The notes under the pieces are model-generated. The model had not been told where the DNA came from and ran no database searches. It worked only from the letters and a program-made list of their open reading frames with translations. This document shows positions 28,885 through 43,413 of a stretch of 64,000 nt of DNA, in pieces. Both the position numbers and the translations under genes were made by a program. The stretch comes from an uncultured Actinomycetota bacterium (GTDB taxonomy: Bacteria; Actinomycetota; Thermoleophilia; Solirubrobacterales; Solirubrobacteraceae), in NCBI GenBank assembly GCA_963812635.1, contig CAWEVV010000007.1:54950-118949 (forward strand), given 5' to 3'. The number at the start of each line of letters is the position of its first letter. Positions within the stretch are counted from its first letter, which is position 1.

Positions 28885-29973
28885 ATGGCGATCGCGCTGC
28901 TGACCACGTACCTGAGCGACTACCGGCTGCCGCTGTACCGGCGGCTGGCGCAGCGCCACGACCTGGAGGTCCTCTGCTACGGCGGCGGCGAGCGCTACGC
29001 GCCGGCCTGGTTTCGCGATCTCGACGCTCAGCTGGCCGCCGCCGAGTTCCCGGCCCGCCGGCTGGACGGTATCGGCGAGGCGCTGCGCGTCGGCCGTGAC
29101 CACGAGGCGGTGATCGCGCCGTTCGCCGGCGGCGCCCTGCTTCCCGCCGCCTACCTCGGCGCGCGTCGCTACCGCCGGCCGTTCGTGTTCTGGGCCTCGA
29201 TCTGGCACCAGCCGCGGTCGCTGGCGCACGCGCTGGCGTTGCCGGTCACCCGGCGCATCTATCGCCACTCGGACGCGGTGATCGCCTATGGCGAGCACGC
29301 TCGGCGCTTCGTGGCGCGCTTCCGCGGCCACGACGACGACATCTTCGTCGCCCCCCAGGCGGTCGAGCCCGAGCTGTTCGCGCGTCCGGTCAGTGACGCT
29401 GAGATCCGCGAGTTTCGCGCCGAGCACGGCCTCGGAGACGAGCCGCTGGTGGTTTACGTCGGGCGGCTGGTGGCCGGCAAGGGCATCGAGGCGCTGGCCC
29501 GGGCGTGGCCCCAGGTGGGGGCGAGGGCGACGCTGGCGCTGGTCGGTGACGGCCCGCTCAGCGGCCGGGTGCAGTCGCTCCCGCGGGCCAAGCTGATCGG
29601 CCCACTCCCCCGTGACCGTCTCGCCGTCGTCTACGCCGCGGCCGAGTTCGCGCTGCTGCCGTCGATCCCCACTCCGCGCTTCAAGGAGCCGTGGGGCCTG
29701 GTCTGCAACGAGGCGATGCACCAGGGGCGTCCGTTGATCGCGACCACCGCCGTCGGAGCCGTCGCCGGCGGCCTGGTCCGCAACGAGGTCACCGGCCTGG
29801 TCGTCGCACCCGGCGACCCCACCGCCCTGGCCGCCGCAATCGACCGCCTGCTCACCGACGCGGATTTGCGCGAGCGTCTAGGGGCGGCAGCTCGGACGGC
29901 AGCGTCCGCTTATACCTACGACGCCATGGCGAGCGCGTTTGATCGAGCGCTGTTCGCCGCGGGAGTCAGCTGA
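28885..29973 (+). CDS. glycosyltransferase family 4
   Basis: YVGRLVAGKG, EPWGLVCNEAM, GLVVAPGD. Confidence 0.92.
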   Translation: MAIALLTTYLSDYRLPLYRRLAQRHDLEVLCYGGGERYAPAWFRDLDAQLAAAEFPARRLDGIGEALRVGRDHEAVIAPFAGGALLPAAYLGARRYRRPFVFWASIWHQPRSLAHALALPVTRRIYRHSDAVIAYGEHARRFVARFRGHDDDIFVAPQAVEPELFARPVSDAEIREFRAEHGLGDEPLVVYVGRLVAGKGIEALARAWPQVGARATLALVGDGPLSGRVQSLPRAKLIGPLPRDRLAVVYAAAEFALLPSIPTPRFKEPWGLVCNEAMHQGRPLIATTAVGAVAGGLVRNEVTGLVVAPGDPTALAAAIDRLLTDADLRERLGAAARTAASAYTYDAMASAFDRALFAAGVS

Positions 29974-30094
29974 GCCGGGCCGACGGGGGCCCGGGGGTAT
30001 CCGCCGTCGCCACACTCGCGGGAGCACCACCGGCTATCCGGCGAGCAGCATCCCGGCGGTGTGGCGAGGCGGATGCCGCGGCCCCCGGCCCGGC
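29974..30094. repeat. ~120-bp imperfect palindrome between convergent genes
   Basis: GCCGGGCC/GGCCCGGC, GGGGGCC/GGCCCCC, GGTATCCGCC/GGCGGATGCC and TCGCCACAC/GTGTGGCGA nested pairs. Confidence 0.75.
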
Positions 30095-30098
30095 GGCC

Positions 30099-30374
30099 TC
30101 ACTGTCCAACCGAGAACAGCGCCTCCAGGTCATGCCGCGAGTAAACCTCGAACGCGACCATGGTCTGGGTGCGCCGCACCCCGGCCAGTTGCGACAGCTT
30201 GCCGGTGACGACCTGGGCCAGCTGGTCCTGCTCGCGCAGGCGCAGGATGGCCACGAAGTCCCACTCGCCGGTCACCGAGTAGGCCTCGGCCACGCCCTCG
30301 ATGCCCGCCAGCTCACCGCCGAGGGTGGCCAGCGCCGAGCCCTCGGCCTGGATCAAGACGATCGCGTGGGTCAT
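30099..30374 (-). CDS. Lrp/AsnC ligand-binding domain protein (stand-alone)
   Basis: GVAEAYSVTGEWDFVA, GVRRTQTMVAF. Confidence 0.88.
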   Translation of the reverse strand: MTHAIVLIQAEGSALATLGGELAGIEGVAEAYSVTGEWDFVAILRLREQDQLAQVVTGKLSQLAGVRRTQTMVAFEVYSRHDLEALFSVGQ

Positions 30375-31045
30375 GGCGTGTGGGTCTCGCCGGGCGCCAG
30401 CACGACCACCGAGGAGCTCGTCGCCGCCTCGACGTCGGACTTGAACGCCTGCGCGTCGGTCTCGATCAGCGGAAACGTGTCGTAGTGGCAGGGAATCACC
30501 GTCCGCGCCCCGACCAGTTCGGCGGCATCGACGGCGTCGTGGCGGTCCATCGTGAAGTGGCCGCCGATGCACATCAGCGCGACGTCGATCCGCCGTCGCT
30601 TTCCCACCAGCTGCAGGTCGGAGAACAGGCAGGTGTCGCCGAGGTGGTAGACGAGCGTGCCCTGGAAGTCGATCACCAGCCCCGCCGGGTTACTGACGGT
30701 CCCCTTCGGGGTGGTGGAGGTGTGCCAGGCCGGCACCAGCTTGACCGTCCCCCAGTGAAACGTCGCGGTGCCACCGAGGTTGCAGTCGGTGACCTGCAGG
30801 CCCTCCTCCTCCATCTCGCGGGCGATCTCGGTTATCGCCACCAGCGGCGCGCCGGTCCGCTTGGCCACCGCGACGGTGTCGCCGACGTGGTCGACGTGAC
30901 CGTGGGTCAGGAGCAGGGTGGTCGCGGGCACCTCATCGGCGGAGATCGCCGCCTTGGGGTTGCCGCTGAGGAACGGGTCGATCAGGACGGTCGTGTCGCC
31001 GTCCGACAAGCTGAAACAGGCATGGCCGAGAAAACGGACATCCAT
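30371..31045 (-). CDS. metallo-beta-lactamase fold metal-dependent hydrolase (UPF0173-like)
   Basis: FLGHA, IDPF, THGHVDH, HLGDT, PCHYDTF. Confidence 0.92.
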   Translation of the reverse strand: MDVRFLGHACFSLSDGDTTVLIDPFLSGNPKAAISADEVPATTLLLTHGHVDHVGDTVAVAKRTGAPLVAITEIAREMEEEGLQVTDCNLGGTATFHWGTVKLVPAWHTSTTPKGTVSNPAGLVIDFQGTLVYHLGDTCLFSDLQLVGKRRRIDVALMCIGGHFTMDRHDAVDAAELVGARTVIPCHYDTFPLIETDAQAFKSDVEAATSSSVVVLAPGETHTP

Positions 31046-31051
31046 CAGGTT

Positions 31052-31393
31052 CTAGTCCTCCTGTTGATCTGGGGGTTTGGGTCGCTCGAGCGTCCGGGAC
31101 AGCTCGAAGCCGACCGCGACCCCGACCAGCATCCCCAGTCGCGTTTCCTCGGCGAGCAGCGTCTTCACCGACCGCAGCCGCGTTTCGGTGTCGGCCTCGT
31201 TCGCCGCCTCCCGCACGGCCGCCTCGTGGGCTGCGTCGAACCAGCCGCCCTCCTCGATCGCCATCGCCAGCACGCGCTGCAGCGACGGTGCCACCCGCAC
31301 GACCACGTCCTGGGCGTCACGCAGACGGGTCGCGTCGGTGAGCTCCGCGATCGCGGCGTCCAGTTCGGCGTCGGTGTAGGCGCGGTCCGGCAC
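31052..31393 (-). CDS. hypothetical protein
   Basis: Compact ORF in operon context with coding-like bias. Confidence 0.7.
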   Translation of the reverse strand: MPDRAYTDAELDAAIAELTDATRLRDAQDVVVRVAPSLQRVLAMAIEEGGWFDAAHEAAVREAANEADTETRLRSVKTLLAEETRLGMLVGVAVGFELSRTLERPKPPDQQED

Positions 31394-31457
31394 TCACGGG
31401 AGGATCATACGTGCCGCCCGCCGGCGCCCGGCGCGCGCGGACGGCTGAGCGGCCCGC

Positions 31458-32213
31458 TCAGCGATCGCCGATCAGGGCGAGCGGAAGCCCGATGGCGAAC
31501 CCGGCGACGACGCCGACCCCGACCGAGACCCAGCTCGTGTCGGTGACGGCGAGCGGCATCAGCGCGACCGCCACCCCGAACGCGGCGGCGCCGATCAAAT
31601 CGCCCTCGATCTCGCCTCCACGTCGCAGCGAGAGCAGATCGGGCGTCGCCCAAGCGCACAACAGTGCCAGTGCCCCGCCGGTGGCGCCCATCTCGATCGA
31701 GTTCGGGTGCACGACGGTGGCGGCGGCCAGCCCGCCCACGCCGCCGATCAAGAACAGCGTCAGGACTGCCAGAGGCCCGTGCCGGCGCTCCAGCAACCAG
31801 CCGAACACGGCGACGGCGGCCACCGTGATGAACGCGTACCCGATGTTGTCGTAGGTGAAGACCGCAGTGAACAGCCGCCACCATTGCGATCCCGGCTGCC
31901 CGTCCAATGCCAGGTTGGTGTTCAGCCCGGTCCTCCACAACAGGACACCGGCCAGGCTGGCGACGACGAGGGCGATGGCCGCGTAGGGACGGGTGTCGCC
32001 GCGGATGCCCGGAATCTCATCCCGGCGCAGACGGGTCAGCAGGGGCGGCGGGTGCCGCTTGGCCTTGCGCTCGGCGACTCGCTGGTCGCGATCGAGCTTG
32101 GGAGCACGCTTGCGGAGCCGGTTGCCGCAGTACGGGCACTCGGTGATGTACGGGCTGACCTCCGATCCGCAGCTCTTGCAAACCACGAACAGGTCTTGAC
32201 CGCCGGTGCTCAC
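31458..32213 (-). CDS. rhomboid-family membrane protein with N-terminal zinc ribbon
   Basis: CKSC...CPYC; WWRLFT; FGWLLERRHG; MGATGG. Confidence 0.8.
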   Translation of the reverse strand: MSTGGQDLFVVCKSCGSEVSPYITECPYCGNRLRKRAPKLDRDQRVAERKAKRHPPPLLTRLRRDEIPGIRGDTRPYAAIALVVASLAGVLLWRTGLNTNLALDGQPGSQWWRLFTAVFTYDNIGYAFITVAAVAVFGWLLERRHGPLAVLTLFLIGGVGGLAAATVVHPNSIEMGATGGALALLCAWATPDLLSLRRGGEIEGDLIGAAAFGVAVALMPLAVTDTSWVSVGVGVVAGFAIGLPLALIGDR

Positions 32214-32270
32214 GAATCGATTGTAGAACTGGTCAGGGTGCGGCCGTGGCGCTATCGGCGCCGCACCCCG

Positions 32271-33371
32271 TCAGGCCAGCGTGGCGGCGACGATTTCGGC
32301 CATGACCTCCCGGAGATCGTGGTTGGCCTCGTAGACCACCACCTGCCGGGCCGCGCCGTTGCCGCGGGCCAGCAGGTCCTCCACCGCCTCCAGCTCGGCC
32401 ACCGAGCCGAGGTCGGTGCAGTGATCGCGCAGCCGGTCCAGCAGCCGCCGGGCCAGGGCCCGGGTCGGGATCTTGTCGGAGCTCGGTAGGTCGACGAGCT
32501 CGCCCTCGAGCCCGTGGCGCGCGGCCAGCCACTTGTTCTCGTCGAGCATCTCGAACGGGTAGCGCGAGAGCTGATTGCCGGCGTCGAAGTGCTCGGACAG
32601 CTCGCGCACCAGCGCCTGGACCAGCGCCGCCAGCCCCAGCGAGTGCTCGATGTGGGTCTGGGAGTCCATCACCCGGATCTCCACGGTGCCGAAGCTCGGA
32701 TGCGGGCGCACGTCGTGCCACAGGTAGGTGTAGTCCGCGATCACTCCGGCGGTGATCATGAACTCGATCCGGCGCTCGTAGTCCTCCCAGCTGTCGTAGG
32801 TCGGGGGGACGCCGACCCGGGGAAACGCGCGGAAGATCGGCGTCCGAGTCGAGGCCATGCCGGTGGTGTTGGCTCGCCAGAACGGCGAATTGGCGGACAG
32901 ACCCAGCAGCACCGGGATGTGGACGCGCATGCCGTTGGCGATGTGGATCGCCTTGTCCGGATCGTCGACGCCGACGTGCACGTGCATGCCGAAGATCAGC
33001 TCCTGGCGGGCGACGAACCGCAGCGCCGAGATCAGATCGCGGTACCGCGGCCGGGCGACGATCCGCTGGTCCTCCCACATGGCGAACGGGTGGGTGCCGG
33101 CCGAGCCGATCGCCAGGTCGTTGCCGGCGGCGGTCTCGGCCACTTGGGCGCGCAGGGCCCGCAGCTGTTCACCGGCCTCGGTCACGTTGGCGCACGGGTC
33201 GGTGGAGATCTCCAGCACCGACTCCATCAGCTCGGGCTTGATCTCTCCCAGCGGCGCCGGCTCGAGCAGGCGCTCGATGGCGTTGACGAGCTCGAACGTG
33301 GACGCGTCGAGGATCATCAGCTCCTCCTCGATCCCGATGGAGTATTCGTGTCCGACGAACCGGTGCTCCAC
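32271..33371 (-). CDS. YbdK/GCS2 carboxylate-amine ligase
   Basis: GIEEE, GTHPF, FGMHVHVG, SANSPFW, HDVRP, EIRVMD, ENKWLAARHG. Confidence 0.93.
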   Translation of the reverse strand: MEHRFVGHEYSIGIEEELMILDASTFELVNAIERLLEPAPLGEIKPELMESVLEISTDPCANVTEAGEQLRALRAQVAETAAGNDLAIGSAGTHPFAMWEDQRIVARPRYRDLISALRFVARQELIFGMHVHVGVDDPDKAIHIANGMRVHIPVLLGLSANSPFWRANTTGMASTRTPIFRAFPRVGVPPTYDSWEDYERRIEFMITAGVIADYTYLWHDVRPHPSFGTVEIRVMDSQTHIEHSLGLAALVQALVRELSEHFDAGNQLSRYPFEMLDENKWLAARHGLEGELVDLPSSDKIPTRALARRLLDRLRDHCTDLGSVAELEAVEDLLARGNGAARQVVVYEANHDLREVMAEIVAATLA

Positions 33372-33467
33372 TGCGCGCGAAGCCTAACGGCGGCGCCGAA
33401 CGGCGGCGCCGAGGGATCGTCCGTAGACTGAGTGCGGACACCAATAATGAACCGAAGGGCGGTTGCC

Positions 33468-34388
33468 ATGGCGCTCGGCTACGACGGCAAGCTGTACATC
33501 CTCGCGTTCGACCACCGGGGGTCGTTCCAGAAGAAGATGTTCGGGATCGAAGGCGATCCCACTCCCGAGCAGACCCAGACGATCGTCGACGCCAAGCACC
33601 TGATCCTCGAGGGGATGGAGGAGGCGGTGAAGCGCGGTGCCGAGGCGGGGGCCACCGGGGTCCTGGTCGACGAGCAGTTCGGCGGCGACATCCCGGCGCA
33701 GGCGCGCGCGCAGGACCTCAAGCTGGCGATGCCCGTCGAGAAGTCCGGCCAGAACGAGTTCGACTTCGAGTACGGAGCAGACTTCGGCGCGCATATCGAG
33801 AGATTTGATCCCGATTTCTCCAAGGTGCTGGTCCGTTACAACTCCGACGATCCCGACGTCGAGATGAACCAGCAGCAGCTCGAGCGGCTCAAGGAGCTGG
33901 CCGACTGGCTCCACGCCCACGGCCGGAAGTTCCTGTTCGAGCTCCTGGTGCCGGCCACCGACGCTCAGCTCGCCGAGGTCGACGGCAGCGAGGATCGCTA
34001 TGACGCCGAGTTGCGCCCCGAGCTGATGCGCCGGGCGATAGAGGACATCCAGAACTTCGGGATCGAGGTCGACATCTGGAAGATCGAGGGCGTCGACGAG
34101 CGTTCCGACGCGGCCATGCTGGCGGAGCAGACCCGCACCGGCGAGGGTCGTGAGGGCGTGAAGTGCGTGCTGCTCGGCCGCGGCGCCTCCACCGAGAAGG
34201 TGGAGGAGTGGCTGCGCGCGGCATCACCCGTCGACGGCTTCATCGGCTTTGCCATCGGCCGATCGATCTGGTGGGATCCGCTCAAGGGATTCCTCGGCGA
34301 CGAGCTCGACCGTGACGCCGCCGCCGCCAAGATCGCCGACAACTACCTGCATTTCCTGGGGGTCTACGAGCACCAGCAGGTCGCCTGA
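33468..34388 (+). CDS. DUF2090 / IolC C-terminal-like aldolase-fold protein
   Basis: LAFDHRGS, LVDEQFG, KVLVRY, WKIEG, LGRG, FAIGRSIW. Confidence 0.85.
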   Translation: MALGYDGKLYILAFDHRGSFQKKMFGIEGDPTPEQTQTIVDAKHLILEGMEEAVKRGAEAGATGVLVDEQFGGDIPAQARAQDLKLAMPVEKSGQNEFDFEYGADFGAHIERFDPDFSKVLVRYNSDDPDVEMNQQQLERLKELADWLHAHGRKFLFELLVPATDAQLAEVDGSEDRYDAELRPELMRRAIEDIQNFGIEVDIWKIEGVDERSDAAMLAEQTRTGEGREGVKCVLLGRGASTEKVEEWLRAASPVDGFIGFAIGRSIWWDPLKGFLGDELDRDAAAAKIADNYLHFLGVYEHQQVA

Positions 34389-34489
34389 CCAGCGGCCTGA
34401 TCCGGGAACCCACCCACCCCCGCCCACCCGCACGCCGGGGGCCGTGCTCCGCTGCACCGAATCTTGCACTGGTTGGTAGGCTCGGGCCG

Positions 34490-34735
34490 ATGGCGATGAA
34501 GATGCGCCAGAGCCTGGCGCAACTTGAGCAGGAGTTCCGGCACGAGACACAGCTGGACCGCAACCGTCGCGAGACGCTGCGGCGCCATGCCGTGCGTCGT
34601 TCTCGGGTCAGGACCCACGAGCGCGAGAAGAAGCGCAGCTCGCTGCGCTATTGGATGCTGATCCTGTCGCTGATCGCGACCGCGGTCATCGTGACCGTCG
34701 GAATGTTCGAGGCGCTCTACCGGATCCTGAGCTAG
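34490..34735 (+). CDS. small hypothetical protein with C-terminal TM helix
   Basis: Basic coiled N-terminus, hydrophobic C-terminus. Confidence 0.65.
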   Translation: MAMKMRQSLAQLEQEFRHETQLDRNRRETLRRHAVRRSRVRTHEREKKRSSLRYWMLILSLIATAVIVTVGMFEALYRILS

Positions 34736-34759
34736 GGCCTCGCCAACGCCCGAGGCGAG

Positions 34760-35020
34760 CTACGGGCCCGTCGGCGGGGACGGCGGTTGCCCGGTTCCGC
34801 CCAGGCTGCGGAGCGCGGCGTCGACCTCCTCGCGGACGCCCTTGCCCTCCTCCGGCCCTTCGGTCTGGATCTCGATGTAGACCTCCTTGCGGAACACCGG
34901 GATGTCCCGCGGGGCCTGGATTCCGATCCGGACCTTCTCGCCCATGATCGCCAGCACCGAAACCTCGATGTCGTCCCCGATCATGATGCTCTGGTTGGAC
35001 TTGCGGGTGAGTACCAGCAT
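34760..35020 (-). CDS. csrA: carbon storage regulator CsrA
   Basis: MLVLTRK...IGDDIEV...[15 protein letters not shown]; GGGAGG RBS. Confidence 0.96.
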   Translation of the reverse strand: MLVLTRKSNQSIMIGDDIEVSVLAIMGEKVRIGIQAPRDIPVFRKEVYIEIQTEGPEEGKGVREEVDAALRSLGGTGQPPSPPTGP

Positions 35021-35187
35021 GGTCGCCTCCCTGCTTGGCCGCCGAAGGATGGAGCGCGTCCTGCCACGCCTGGACGCCTACCCGCGGGCCAGCATAGCGT
35101 CAACGCTTTTTGCGTTTCAAGGACTCAGAGGTTTTGCACGGGTAGCAGGGGCAACCGCCGTCACCTGTACTAGTCTCCGGCGTACTT

Positions 35188-35754
35188 ATGGCACGACGAT
35201 CCCTCAGACCCGAGCTGAATCGGATCCGCGCCTGGGTTCGCCAGGGGCGCACCGACGCGTGGATCGCACACCAGCTCGAAGTGACAGTTCAACAGATACA
35301 GGCGTTCAAGCGCGACCAGCAGCTCGAGGCCGGAGATGACGCCAACGGCGCCCCCGCCGCGGCCGAATACGACGAGGACATCGACCTGCGCGCGGAGGAC
35401 GACGCGCTGATCGCCGCCGAGCTCGATGCGGCCGCCGCGCAGCCGCCGGACGAGGACGAGGACGACGAGGAGGACGAGGAGGACGAGGCCGAGAAGCCGG
35501 CACGCCGACGCCGCAGCCGGCGCGGCGGGCGCAGCGGACGCGGTCGCCGCCGCACCTCGGGAACACTGGAGGCGACGTTCGACCATGGCGACGAGGGCTA
35601 CGGTCTGTGGCTCGATCCCGCCGTCCAGGACGATCCCGTGTACGCCGAGTACTGGGCGGGACACCGGCCGGTCGAGGTCGCCATCGAGGAGGACCAGATC
35701 GTCATCCGCCGCGCCGGCGCTGCCGACTCGGACTCCGAGGACGACGAGGACTAG
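35188..35754 (+). CDS. hypothetical protein: HTH-like N-terminus, acidic and Arg-rich linker, AbrB-like C-terminus
   Basis: GRTDAWIAHQLEVT; D/E tract; RRRRSRRGGR; GYGLWLDP...VEVAIEEDQIVIRR. Confidence 0.75.
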   Translation: MARRSLRPELNRIRAWVRQGRTDAWIAHQLEVTVQQIQAFKRDQQLEAGDDANGAPAAAEYDEDIDLRAEDDALIAAELDAAAAQPPDEDEDDEEDEEDEAEKPARRRRSRRGGRSGRGRRRTSGTLEATFDHGDEGYGLWLDPAVQDDPVYAEYWAGHRPVEVAIEEDQIVIRRAGAADSDSEDDED

Positions 35755-35779
35755 TCGCAGGCGACAGCCGACAGGCGGG

Positions 35780-36121
35780 TCAGCCCTCGGCGGTCCGGCG
35801 GCCCGTGGTGTAGTCGATCGCCTCGCGGGCGTAGCGGGCGAACGCCGCGCCGGCCACCGTGGGGAGATCCCACGCCGCCGGCTGGCCGGGCGCCACCCGC
35901 ACGGCGATGTCAAAGCACCAGTCGGTCCCCTGGTCGACGTAGAGCTGGGCCAGCTCCTGCACGCTGAACGTGCCGCCGAGGCGGCGTCGCAGCGCGCTCA
36001 CCAGCTCGTCGACCACCCGTTCCATCGCCGCCCGTTCGGCGGGCGCGGCGCTATCCAGGCGTCGCCGGCCCGCCTGCCAGTGGCCGATCAGCGCCTCGTA
36101 GCTCGCCTCGCCCGAGCTCAC
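35780..36121 (-). CDS. hypothetical protein
   Basis: ORF following ftsB in the same direction. Confidence 0.7.
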   Translation of the reverse strand: MSSGEASYEALIGHWQAGRRRLDSAAPAERAAMERVVDELVSALRRRLGGTFSVQELAQLYVDQGTDWCFDIAVRVAPGQPAAWDLPTVAGAAFARYAREAIDYTTGRRTAEG

Positions 36122-36146
36122 CCGAGGCGCCCCGCGCCGGCGGTGG

Positions 36147-36524
36147 TCAGTGACTGGTGGAGCCCGTGACCACGTAGCCCTGTTCGGACGGGCGCACCAT
36201 GCCTAGGGCACGGGCATCGCGCACGATCGTGGCCGGATCGTTGAGCGCCTGGCGCTGACGCTCCAGGGCGGCGTTCTGGCGAGCCAGCGTGGTGACGACG
36301 GCCTGCTGCCGGGCGGCCTGCGAGTGGGTGGAGAAGTAGGAGCGGGCGTGCTCGGCGTACAGCCCGACGACGATGGTGAGCACGACCAGCAGGCCGATCC
36401 GCCCGACCCGCTCCCACCGGATCCTCAGCCCCGGCGCACGGGACCTGACGCGGTGAGGGCGCCGAGCCGGCGCTCGAGGCTGACGGCGGGGCGGGGCAGC
36501 GGTGGCCGGGCGAGCTGACGGCAT
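36147..36524 (-). CDS. ftsB: septum formation initiator FtsB/DivIC
   Basis: Single TM, coiled coil, ARALGMVRPSE; conserved position after eno. Confidence 0.85.
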   Translation of the reverse strand: MPSARPATAAPPRRQPRAPARRPHRVRSRAPGLRIRWERVGRIGLLVVLTIVVGLYAEHARSYFSTHSQAARQQAVVTTLARQNAALERQRQALNDPATIVRDARALGMVRPSEQGYVVTGSTSH

Positions 36525-36596
36525 CCCTTCCCGGCTTCGTTCGACACGGCCGGGATCCTTCCTGCGGCAACGCGCCGTGCAAGCGACAGGCGGGGA

Positions 36597-38656
<2,060 letters not shown>

Positions 38657-38724
38657 GGGCTGCTACGGGGGCTCGCCATCCGGGGGCACGATACATGTGC
38701 CCCGTCGCTGCACGATGCCGCTGG

Positions 38725-39894
38725 CTAAGGAGCCGAGGTGGTGGTCGACGCGCTGCCGGCGCCCGCGGCGCCGGCCGCGCCCGAGGTCGTCGAGGTCTTC
38801 GGCGCCTTGTAGCCGGCGCAGTCCGCCATCGCGTAGGCCGAGCGGCACTTGGTCTTGCTCAGCCAGGCCTGCTTGGCCTGGCTGTTGATCGCGGTCGAAG
38901 CCGCGGTCTGCTGCTGACTGGTCAGCGTCTGCTTGATCAGCGCCTTTGACTGGGCGAGCGAGCGGTGCTTGGCCGGAGTGATCCCGGTCACTTCGAGCAC
39001 GTAGTAGCCGAACTGCCCATGGACCGGGCCGACCAGCTTGTTCGCCGGCGCCGCGAACGCGGCCTTGCTGAGCGCGGCATCCTGCTGGCCGGCGGTGACG
39101 TTCTTGAGCTCGCCGCCCTTGTTCTTGGTCGTCGGGTCGATCGAGTACTTCTTGGCGACCTCGGTCCAGCTCTGACCGTGCTGCAGGGCGGATTTGGCGG
39201 CGGCCGCCTGGGCGGAGGTCTTGGTCAGCACGATCCGCATGTCGCGGCTCTCGGCAGAGCCGAACTGCGACTTGTGCGCCTGGTAGTAGGCGACGATCGC
39301 CGCCGGCGTGACCGCGGTCTTGTGGCGGGCGGCGAGCTTGGTGGCGATCTCGTTGACGCGCACCTGGTAGGTGATGTCCTGCAGCGTCTGACCGCTTGAC
39401 TTCAGGTACGTCTGGAACTGGGCGCTGGTCGGGAAGTGGGCCTTCTTGGCGGCGGCCAGCGCCTTCTGCACCTGGGCATCGGTCACGTTGATGCCCAGCT
39501 TGTGGGCGAGCGCCTGGTACCAGTAGGCCCTGATCAGGAAGTCCATCACCTGGCCCGAGAGCGAGGTGAACAGCTTCTGGCAGTCCGCCTTCAGCGTCTT
39601 GTCCGAGGTGTTCTTCAGCTGCGGGATCTCGGCCTTCGCCTGGGCGATGCACTTGGTGAAGTCCGGCGGGTCGTTGGGCACGATCACCGGCTGCCCCGGG
39701 CTCTGCGCGGCCTGGCCCTTTGCCAACACGTACATCCAGTGGTTGAACGCCTGGGTGGAAATCGAGTTACCGGCCACGGTGGCGACCGAGTTGTCCGGCA
39801 CGCTGCCGCTGCTGCTGGAGCCGCAACCGGAGACGACCAGGGCGATGGCCACAAAAAAAGCGCCGAGCGCCAGGATGAGACGGGAAGCCTTCAT
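38725..39894 (-). CDS. prsA: PrsA/SurA-type peptidyl-prolyl isomerase lipoprotein
   Basis: VSGC lipobox, AKKYSID...GGEL, GPVHGQFGYY parvulin motif. Confidence 0.85.
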   Translation of the reverse strand: MKASRLILALGAFFVAIALVVSGCGSSSSGSVPDNSVATVAGNSISTQAFNHWMYVLAKGQAAQSPGQPVIVPNDPPDFTKCIAQAKAEIPQLKNTSDKTLKADCQKLFTSLSGQVMDFLIRAYWYQALAHKLGINVTDAQVQKALAAAKKAHFPTSAQFQTYLKSSGQTLQDITYQVRVNEIATKLAARHKTAVTPAAIVAYYQAHKSQFGSAESRDMRIVLTKTSAQAAAAKSALQHGQSWTEVAKKYSIDPTTKNKGGELKNVTAGQQDAALSKAAFAAPANKLVGPVHGQFGYYVLEVTGITPAKHRSLAQSKALIKQTLTSQQQTAASTAINSQAKQAWLSKTKCRSAYAMADCAGYKAPKTSTTSGAAGAAGAGSASTTTSAP

Positions 39895-40005
39895 AAGACC
39901 GGGGCCGATAGTAGCGGCCCTCCTGCCAGCCGGACGTAAGGATTTGAGAATAACGCGCCGGTGGCCGCCGCGAACGCCACCACGGGCTGCCGGGAAGCGG
40001 CCCCG

Positions 40006-43392
<3,387 letters not shown>

Positions 43393-43413
43393 CGAGGCCT
43401 GCTAGCACTCAGT

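Noticed and set aside
29974-30094. SRP (4.5S) RNA
   Set aside because: AGCAG is present but the GNRA tetraloop and CAGG partner of helix 8 are missing
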